Source: Candidatus Heimdallarchaeota archaeon (GTDB taxonomy: Archaea; Asgardarchaeota; Heimdallarchaeia; Heimdallarchaeales; Kariarchaeaceae). From it: a stretch of 32,000 nt of DNA. Location: contig JASBSB010000001.1 in the NCBI GenBank assembly GCA_030149205.1, positions 570,001-602,000 on the forward strand, in the 5' to 3' direction. A program made the position numbers and the translations under genes. Shown piece after piece: positions 24,796 to 32,000 of the stretch. The number at the start of each line of letters is the position of its first letter. The first letter of the stretch is position 1. The notes under the pieces are model-generated. The model was not told the origin of the DNA. It did not search any database and saw only the letters and a program-made list of their open reading frames with translations.

Positions 24796-27504
24796 TTATA
24801 ACTTATCAATGTAGTTTATTAAGAAATTTTGATAATGTGAGGGACCTGGTTGTATAGAGTACCAATAGGAATTGTGTTCAAAATTTGGATACCCACTTCC
24901 GTAGTAATGAGTCGCTTTTCCGAATGTAACCTCATTTGAAATTGACAAGGGAAATATCAGATTTGAATCAAAACGGAGAGGGTTGACAATCCATTCATAC
25001 CTAGAACTACTGTAAAATTTGTGTGTTGTAGTGAATGAAGGAGCTAAATAATTAAATTCACCATTATTGCTACTACACTCTGCCTTTATAAGAGCAAAAT
25101 TATTCACGTGATCAAAACATCCATTTGGAGTGAAGAAAGTTCTCTCCCCTGGATACCCATATTTTTCAGCTAATTTAATTGCCCAATCGTAAGCGTTTTG
25201 ATTGCTATTGTCAAGAGAAATTTCTGCCATATCCTTCGAATTTTCAACCCTAAGATTAGTTGGAAGTTTATCATGTCCAAAATTATAATATTGTGCTTTT
25301 TTATTGAATAATGAATAAATAGACCCTAGTGTTAGGTTTCGTACGAACCCTGCTGCATAAGAACGTATTTTTTCTGATGAAGGTACTCTAGTATAGTTAA
25401 TCGGTTCAAGAGATACTTTTGTATTTAGTTTTGCAACCCCTCCTCCATCATTGAAATATGGTTTGCTACCCTTATTTAAGCCAAAATCATTAAGATTGTT
25501 TTTGATAAATGCTTGTGCATAATTTACTGAAGATAATGTAAATTCTACCTGCCATCCTGATAAGTAACTTATACCTTCTATTGTAATTTGGGAAACCTGA
25601 TTGCCGAGAGCTTTATCAGAATATGATTTCATTGTTCCCAATTTAAGACTAAAAAGATCCATTACTCCAGAAACAGCTTTCCCACTTGAGTCTGAAATAC
25701 TAGCTTTCAATTTAATACTCTTGAGATTTGTTGGTAGTTGTAGTCTTGCAGATACTGAGTAAAAAGGAAGGGTATAGGATGAGATATTTGAATCATTCAA
25801 CTGAGTAATGAGTTGTCCTTGAGAGAAATAAACTTCTCCACTTTTTGTGGTTGCTTCAATTACTGCAGAAAGCACTTGTGTAGAACTTTTAGGATTCCAA
25901 AAATACGAAAAGACAACAGGTTGCGCATCTAAAAAATTAGTAATTAAGTTATTTCTAATAAATGATCTATTATCTATAGTGTATTGAATTTCAAATGTCC
26001 CTGATTGTAGGGAGGAAAAATTCGCTCCTGCCTCATAAATGAAATTTTTTCTGTCCTGTGAGAATGAAAATGGCAAGTTATAATTGAAAAATTTGTAATC
26101 TATTTCTTGTACAAAAGATCCCCCAATAGGTAACTGGCTATAGAGGGTACGATCGATTAAGCTATTTTTGTAATTTATTATCGGACTTAAATTGGGAACA
26201 GGATCTGAATACTCACGATAATTATCCCAAGAACCAAATGATGAATTTGTTGAAAATCCTTTTTGCGAGGTCACAAGAAGATGAATATTCCCAAATCTCC
26301 AGTCTTTTGTATTGTATTGTTTACTAATTATTTTTCCTTGAAAAGAGATGGTAAACTTAGATTCTCCATTATTTAAGATTTTAACAGAGATATACCCACT
26401 TCCTCCAGACTGGTTTGCAAAAGACCCAGTAAATTTTTGCGTGGAACTATAATCGTTTGCTAAAATGAAGGGTTTCGCATTATAAGTTGTCCATTCGTCT
26501 TGAATCCCTACCATCCAAATAATTTCACTGTTTGCATCTAAACCTATCAAATACTGAGAACCCATACCTGATTTAAAATCATAGCTATAATCTACACCAA
26601 TTGAGTTTCCTTCTACAACAGGTATTGAAATTTTCTTTTCTAGATAAACACTACCTCCACTAGGATTGAGATAGGAATGTAAAAATTTATCCTCCGAACT
26701 GTAATTGAACGATTGGTCTGTCCTCTTTATAATTTGATAATCCATTTGATTTTTTATGTTCATCCATTTTGGGTTTATTTTAGAAGATTGAAATTCGTCA
26801 TAAAATGATGTTGAAACCCCATTAAATCTAGGATTTGAATATACATAGAAATCGTTCGTAACCTGATTCTTATTAATGGAGGATGAGATCGCACCCAATT
26901 GAACAGTGGGATTTCTAAGTTCTGCTGGAAGAGTGACAACATCAATAATCTGCCATGATTTTTCAGTTGATAATTTATATTGAAGAGTTATCGTGGAACT
27001 CGTTGTACTACTGATTTCAACTTGTATCGCTAAGGTATACCATTTTCCTGTACTGAAAGCCCCTTGAATTTGACCAACTATATTGTTCACACCCCACTGA
27101 CCTTTTGTGAAGGTCTTAGCTTGTATATATGCATAATTTGAGCTCCAATTAAGTCTTAATTCAGGTCCTGAACCATGAGAATTCAGTGCTTTTCCGTAGA
27201 AATCTACTTCAAATTGATATTGATTATAAGAAGCAGTGTTCCATGTTCTTAATACATGGGCCATAGAATTTGAAGGTTTATCAAATATAAGGGAATGAGG
27301 TACACCTAAAAATAAATTTGAAATAACCGAGCTTCTAGAGTCTTTAACGACCTTCCATTCTCTTGCTTCCCAATTGATAGGTTCATTTATATTTTTAGAA
27401 AAAGGATGAGATACTCGGAGATATATTAACGTGGGAAAAATAGACCCAAATAGTATAACTAAAAGTATAAAAGCAAATTTTTTATTTTTATCTTTCAGAT
27501 TCAT
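24796..27504 (-). CDS. Large membrane-anchored or secreted beta-rich protein; ConA/LamG-like domains likely
   Basis: Basic N-terminus plus one TM helix; S/N/F/Y/W-rich; GKWYTLAIQV and FYDEF..KINPKW patterns; TATA TTTATAAG at 27530-27537. Confidence 0.65.
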   Translation of the reverse strand: MNLKDKNKKFAFILLVILFGSIFPTLIYLRVSHPFSKNINEPINWEAREWKVVKDSRSSVISNLFLGVPHSLIFDKPSNSMAHVLRTWNTASYNQYQFEVDFYGKALNSHGSGPELRLNWSSNYAYIQAKTFTKGQWGVNNIVGQIQGAFSTGKWYTLAIQVEISSTTSSTITLQYKLSTEKSWQIIDVVTLPAELRNPTVQLGAISSSINKNQVTNDFYVYSNPRFNGVSTSFYDEFQSSKINPKWMNIKNQMDYQIIKRTDQSFNYSSEDKFLHSYLNPSGGSVYLEKKISIPVVEGNSIGVDYSYDFKSGMGSQYLIGLDANSEIIWMVGIQDEWTTYNAKPFILANDYSSTQKFTGSFANQSGGSGYISVKILNNGESKFTISFQGKIISKQYNTKDWRFGNIHLLVTSQKGFSTNSSFGSWDNYREYSDPVPNLSPIINYKNSLIDRTLYSQLPIGGSFVQEIDYKFFNYNLPFSFSQDRKNFIYEAGANFSSLQSGTFEIQYTIDNRSFIRNNLITNFLDAQPVVFSYFWNPKSSTQVLSAVIEATTKSGEVYFSQGQLITQLNDSNISSYTLPFYSVSARLQLPTNLKSIKLKASISDSSGKAVSGVMDLFSLKLGTMKSYSDKALGNQVSQITIEGISYLSGWQVEFTLSSVNYAQAFIKNNLNDFGLNKGSKPYFNDGGGVAKLNTKVSLEPINYTRVPSSEKIRSYAAGFVRNLTLGSIYSLFNKKAQYYNFGHDKLPTNLRVENSKDMAEISLDNSNQNAYDWAIKLAEKYGYPGERTFFTPNGCFDHVNNFALIKAECSSNNGEFNYLAPSFTTTHKFYSSSRYEWIVNPLRFDSNLIFPLSISNEVTFGKATHYYGSGYPNFEHNSYWYSIQPGPSHYQNFLINYIDKL

Positions 27505-27932
27505 TCCATCTGTATTTTACAATACAACACTTATAAATATTTTTCATTGAGATTTAAATTTTGCTGTTTTCAGAAGCGAAAATGAAGGTTTTACATACAT
27601 TTGTAACATAAGAATTAAATTTGCATTTTTTGAATTTAAGATTTTATCTATTATAAAGACCTTAGTGAAAATAATTTTTTTAATTGAATCTTAAAGAATA
27701 TATTTACGATCCCTCCAAAAGTTTTCGATATAGAGGGCTTCATTTATTTGATTTTTCCACTAGACATTCCCAAAAGATTTGTATACAGTTTATCCAGATC
27801 AGGTGGTAAAGACTTTTTTTAACAATTAAGACTGTGAACTAATTAGGCGATCTTTGTAATGTTATATAAAACTCAAAAGAATTTATACTATTTTTTATTT
27901 CAAATAGCTTGTTGAAAACTTATAATTCGCGT

Positions 27933-28343
27933 TCACTGGAGTTTTTCGAAGACTCTAATTATTACTTCTTCTAATATAGTTCTTACTTCTTGTGCTAAGA
28001 CCTTAACTTCTTCACCTGGGACTAATGTAAGAATAGATTCTGGATTCATTGCACTTATTGTAATGGAAGAGTCTTTGTTTTCATATAATACTACATTGCA
28101 AGGCAGTAATGTACCAATCTCTGGGTTAAATTCTAATGCTTGATTTGCTCTTGGGGGATTGCATGCCCCAAGTATCTTGTATGGTCTTTTGTCCAGATCA
28201 AGCTTTTTCTTGAGGGTTGCTTTCACATCAATTTCTGTAAGAATTCCAAAACCTTCCTTGGCCAATTCATCTCTTAGTAGGATCTCAATTTCTTCAAAGC
28301 TTTTTTTGGGGTTTTTAATCGTTTTAGAAATAGATATCTGCAT
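27933..28343 (-). CDS. DUF302 family protein
   Basis: GFGILTEIDVKATLKKK, YKILGACNP, IGTLLPCNVVLYE. Confidence 0.9.
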   Translation of the reverse strand: MQISISKTIKNPKKSFEEIEILLRDELAKEGFGILTEIDVKATLKKKLDLDKRPYKILGACNPPRANQALEFNPEIGTLLPCNVVLYENKDSSITISAMNPESILTLVPGEEVKVLAQEVRTILEEVIIRVFEKLQ

Positions 28344-28392
28344 AAGCTCTATGTTGAAACTTTTTATTTAATTATTTGTTTATGGTAATCAC

Positions 28393-29736
28393 TCAATTAA
28401 CAATATTTTGAACAGCTTCTTTGATCTTCTGTATCCCTCCGAATACGTCTGGAAATTTCAATTGAACAAATTTGGAATCAAAATTCTCTGAACCCGAGAT
28501 TTCTCTTATTGCTTTAGCTCCATCAAAATTAACATAGGCAAGACGGGCTGTGAGAGAAGAATCTGACATGCCAAAGGCTGAACCTGGGAGTAAAGCCACT
28601 TGATAGTTTTCAAGTAGATATTCCATCAATGATTTACCCGTAATAATTCCCATAGTTTCTAGGGGTTTTCTGAATTTTTCGAAATCAAGAAATAAGTAAA
28701 ATGCACCTTTACCAGTTAGCACTCTAACTCCAGCAAAGTTGAGTTCATTTGAAACCCAAGTTGCTAGACCACCAAGTATTCTGTTGTACTTTGAAATTTC
28801 TTGATTCATAGTGTCAGTTTTGGCAAATGCTTGAACAGCAGCATATTGAATAGGGGATGAGACACAAGAAAAGGTCTCTGAGTTGATTTTGATAACTGCT
28901 GATTCTAATTCTTGCAACGAGTCAGGGATCCTCACGAAACCTAATCTCCAACCTCCTGCCCCCGCCCATTTTGAAAGACCTCCAGTAATAATTGTCCTAT
29001 TAGCTGCAAAGGTGCTTATCGAAACAAAATTACCGTCAAATGTTAATCGGTCATAAATTTCGTCAGATAAGATGATTACATCATATTCTTCGCACACCTC
29101 GGCAATCTGTCTCAAATTTTCAGGATCTGCAATTATACCGGTCGGGTTATTAGGATAGTTAAGGAGTAGTAGTTTAGTTTTATTGGGATCTGAGGTCGAC
29201 AGGTAAGATTTTAGATCTGTAGGTTTAATAAGCCATTTTGATTCGAAAGTCGTTTCAATAAATTGTGTCTCTCTCCCTATAAGTCTAGCTTGAGGAAAAT
29301 ATGAAACCCAAGAGGGAGATGGTAAAATAAGTTCTGCTTCTAAAGCATCCTGAATTGAAAATATTAACTCCTTCGACCCTGGTCCAATAAGAATCTGAGT
29401 GGGACTTGTAGGAAGTTTATTGAAATTGGTATAATACTCTGCAATTGCCTTCCTTAGTTCTAGAAGTCCTTCTACCGGAAGATATTGTTTCTCCGCAGCA
29501 AATGTTTTAAGTTCTTCTACCAAGAAATCAGGGATTGGAAATGGTGATTGACCAAATCCAAACCTAAACACCTTATGACCAGCCTGTTCAAGTTCCTTTG
29601 ATTTCTGATTTATTGCCAAAGTTGGAGAAACGGTCAAACCAGAAAGGTTTCGGTTTAATTGAGGGCCCTTTTTCTTTGTAATTATTGCTTCTTCCATACC
29701 AATATGTATGATGGACTCTTTATTAAAGTATTTCAC
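28393..29736 (-). CDS. PLP-dependent class I/II aminotransferase (aspartate aminotransferase-like)
   Basis: FGFGQSP, NYPNNPTG, SDEIY, GGLSKWAGAGGWRLG (PLP Lys), GAFYLF; ATG 29697 is an alternative start. Confidence 0.92.
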   Translation of the reverse strand: MKYFNKESIIHIGMEEAIITKKKGPQLNRNLSGLTVSPTLAINQKSKELEQAGHKVFRFGFGQSPFPIPDFLVEELKTFAAEKQYLPVEGLLELRKAIAEYYTNFNKLPTSPTQILIGPGSKELIFSIQDALEAELILPSPSWVSYFPQARLIGRETQFIETTFESKWLIKPTDLKSYLSTSDPNKTKLLLLNYPNNPTGIIADPENLRQIAEVCEEYDVIILSDEIYDRLTFDGNFVSISTFAANRTIITGGLSKWAGAGGWRLGFVRIPDSLQELESAVIKINSETFSCVSSPIQYAAVQAFAKTDTMNQEISKYNRILGGLATWVSNELNFAGVRVLTGKGAFYLFLDFEKFRKPLETMGIITGKSLMEYLLENYQVALLPGSAFGMSDSSLTARLAYVNFDGAKAIREISGSENFDSKFVQLKFPDVFGGIQKIKEAVQNIVN

Positions 29737-29762
29737 TAGGAAATTAATTACTTTTTAATTTA

Positions 29763-30587
29763 TTAAGCCTCATCTGGACTTTCTCCCAAATATGCATCAA
29801 GCACTTTTCGGTTCTTTTGAATGGTAGCAGAGTCCCCTTCTGCAATGACCTGACCCTCGGCTAATACGAATATTTGGTCAGAAAAGCTCATAACCACGTC
29901 CATGTTGTGTTCAATGAGAAGAATATCAATACCCTGACTCTCCTTTAGCTCAATAATTTTGTCAAAGACTTTATTTGCCAATGTTGGATTTACACCCGCA
30001 ACGGGTTCATCTAAAAGAAGTAAGGACGGAGAGGTCATCAATAATCGACCTATAGCAAGAAGTTTCTGCTGACCACCTGATATTTCACTTGCTAAATTAT
30101 TCATAATATGTGCAATTTCAAGGAAATCTAGTATTTCAAGTGCCTTAACAATGTTTTGTGCCTCCTGTCTTTTCCAAAGAGGTGATCCTAGAAAGCCCCA
30201 AATTAGACTCTCTCCAATCTGTCTAGGGGGAGATACAAGCATGTTCTCCAAAACAGTCATATCAGGAAAATTTCTGGTGTGCTGAAAGGTTCTAACCATT
30301 CCTTTAAGAGCAATAGACTCAGGAGCCATACCCCAAATATCATAACTTTCTGAACGCTTTCCTCTAAATCGTCGGAACAGTATATTTCCACTTTTAAGTT
30401 CTGGTTTTAGAAACCCAGTAATCACATTAAAGAAGGTACTTTTTCCTGAACCGTTTGGGCCGATTAATGAGGTTAACTTCCCTTTCTGAACCACAACTGA
30501 AGCACCATTAACAGCCTTAACCCCTGAAAAATACTTATGGATATTTTCAGCTTTAAAAACAAAATTATCTGATTCGTTTTCCATCAT
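29763..30587 (-). CDS. livG: Branched-chain amino acid-type ABC transporter ATPase (LivG-like)
   Basis: GPNGSGKST, RTFQ, ISGGQQK, LLLLDEPVAGVNP, IEHNM, VLDAYLG; ATGA overlap with the permease stop. Confidence 0.9.
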   Translation of the reverse strand: MMENESDNFVFKAENIHKYFSGVKAVNGASVVVQKGKLTSLIGPNGSGKSTFFNVITGFLKPELKSGNILFRRFRGKRSESYDIWGMAPESIALKGMVRTFQHTRNFPDMTVLENMLVSPPRQIGESLIWGFLGSPLWKRQEAQNIVKALEILDFLEIAHIMNNLASEISGGQQKLLAIGRLLMTSPSLLLLDEPVAGVNPTLANKVFDKIIELKESQGIDILLIEHNMDVVMSFSDQIFVLAEGQVIAEGDSATIQKNRKVLDAYLGESPDEA

Positions 30588-32000
30588 TTCATTTCCTCCT
30601 CGTAATTTGAAGATTTTTCATCTGTATTCTCAGTAAATTCCAAACCCCTTAAATTTTGATGCCTAAAAGAGTTATCACCAGCAATACTCATAAAAAAGGA
30701 GAGAATTCTAACTAAATAGCTCTTTGAACCCTCAGTGTCTAAGCTAAGCTGCTTTAATAATTTCAGGTATCTTTCATTTTGATTCTTCTGTTCTGGGAAT
30801 ATTCCCTCAGGAGCAAAAATCAGGAACAAAATTAAAACTACACCAACTACTATTAGCGAGAAGTTAACAAAATCAAATCTTAATCCTGCAAAAATACCAC
30901 CCACATTTTGAAGATCACCCATTTTCGATGCTGCTTGAAATAATAACTGAATAAGAAAGGCACCAAATATAGCACCGATGTTATTTGCTGTTCCTCCTAC
31001 TATAATCATAATATACAAGGTAAAGGTTGTTGTGGGTGTGTATCCATCAGGAGTAATTGACCCAACCTGATAAGCCAAAAGAACACCAAAAAAACCAGCG
31101 AACATATTTGACAAGGCTAAACCTTTAATCCTATAACCAAGTAGACTTTTTCCAACAGAAATAGCACTTGTATCATCATCTCTAAAGGCCCTCATAGTTC
31201 TCCCAAAAGGTGATTTTACAATATCCTCAATTAACTTGTATGAAATAAGTAATACACCAACTGCTAAAAGCATATTATACCAATTTGAAAGTGTGGTTGA
31301 AAGTGAGTTCACTGGAAAGACAAACCCAAGTACATAACTAAATATAATGTACAACATAAAAACGATGATGGTTTTGAGAAAATCCCAGTGGATATCATAC
31401 TTTCTGAGAAGAGCGAACTTATAATTTCTTTGGAAAAAAAGTAAAATCAATAATATTAATATTGATAGATCTATCGCTCCATTTGGTGATCCTCCAAAAG
31501 AGCCAAAGAAGTTTAAAACAATAACAATTATTCCCAAAAAAATTGTGAAGTTGATTAAACCATTTTCTACTTCTTCTTGAATCCCACCTTTGGTCACGAA
31601 AGGTTCACTAATTGAATATGGAACAGCATAAATTTTTGAATATTTCTGATTTAGATAAATAAAATACAAGAATATTAAAATTAATGTTATAAGAATAATA
31701 GATATTGAATTATTATTTAAAAGAATATTTTGTAAGAAGGTAGTATTTGAAGGATATAGCCTATCAATAGGAAGGGGGACTGCAAAACCTTCAAATCCAC
31801 CGAGTTGATGTTGATTTCGTACTGTTTCCCGGATAATTTCACCAACAACGATGGTTACTATAGCAAAATAATCCTCTTTTAATCTTAGGGATGGCAAGGT
31901 TAGTATGATTCCAAAAACCCCGGCTGAAATACCTGCAAAGATAAATGATAGAATTTCATTCACTCCAGAATTTACGAATAGGATATAAGAGTAGGCACCC
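30584..32000 (-). CDS. livM: Branched-chain amino acid-type ABC permease (LivM-like), 5'-truncated by the window edge
   Basis: Frame stays open past GTG 31963 to the edge (GAYSYILFVNSGVNE, containing the LivM GAY motif); LRLKEDYFAIVT, SPFGRTMRAFRDD, IIVGGTAN, FAPEGI. Confidence 0.88.
   Translation of the reverse strand, partial: GAYSYILFVNSGVNEILSFIFAGISAGVFGIILTLPSLRLKEDYFAIVTIVVGEIIRETVRNQHQLGGFEGFAVPLPIDRLYPSNTTFLQNILLNNNSISIILITLILIFLYFIYLNQKYSKIYAVPYSISEPFVTKGGIQEEVENGLINFTIFLGIIVIVLNFFGSFGGSPNGAIDLSILILLILLFFQRNYKFALLRKYDIHWDFLKTIIVFMLYIIFSYVLGFVFPVNSLSTTLSNWYNMLLAVGVLLISYKLIEDIVKSPFGRTMRAFRDDDTSAISVGKSLLGYRIKGLALSNMFAGFFGVLLAYQVGSITPDGYTPTTTFTLYIMIIVGGTANNIGAIFGAFLIQLLFQAASKMGDLQNVGGIFAGLRFDFVNFSLIVVGVVLILFLIFAPEGIFPEQKNQNERYLKLLKQLSLDTEGSKSYLVRILSFFMSIAGDNSFRHQNLRGLEFTENTDEKSSNYEEEMK

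Noticed and set aside
27700-27830. Short minus-strand frame KKSLPPDLDKLYTNLLG and a CCCTC..GAGGG hairpin
   Set aside because: No start codon and only a 5-bp stem; consistent with chance
2234-28371. Short ORFs nested in or antisense to called genes (e.g. 3850-4032, 7546-8522 set, 9753-10067, 14146-14406, 16124-16441, 17872-18372, 22218-22526, 23368-23804, 24407-24616, 28159-28371)
   Set aside because: They overlap well-supported genes and show no motifs; their composition is typical of shadow frames
1-32000. CRISPR arrays, tRNA/rRNA genes, IS elements, proviral genes
   Set aside because: No repeat-spacer periodicity, cloverleaf or GC-rich structured RNA, transposase or integrase was seen; short ncRNAs cannot be excluded without Infernal or tRNAscan-SE

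Overview
AT-rich, gene-dense archaeal chromosomal window with 23 supportable CDSs. I saw no rRNA, tRNA, CRISPR array or mobile element. An Asgard archaeon (possibly Heimdallarchaeia-like) is inferred from archaeal uS7/uL16, an EF-1alpha with the TACK/Asgard/eukaryote GxFEAGIS insert, a Rab-like GTPase and V4R proteins. Left part (1-9.5 kb) is catabolic: OSBS/NSAR, thymidine kinase, His-rich membrane protein, AidB-like acyl-CoA dehydrogenase, a FahA-associated unknown protein, fahA, and a FadF/EtfD-like Fe-S membrane oxidoreductase. Middle (9.6-19.1 kb) is the most unusual: a Rab-like GTPase in frame with a polybasic/coiled-coil/Pro-rich ORF, a thioredoxin-V4R-V4R fusion, two TrmB-like proteins (one with a ~460 aa helical insert), a multi-TM protein and a HEAT-like solenoid. 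Right part holds rpl10e, an S8/PA protease, a rearranged str locus (rps7, HTH-PRTase, tuf; no fusA, rps12 or rps10), a 902 aa surface protein, DUF302, an aminotransferase and the end of a Liv-type ABC operon. All calls come from motif recognition by eye; no searches were run.
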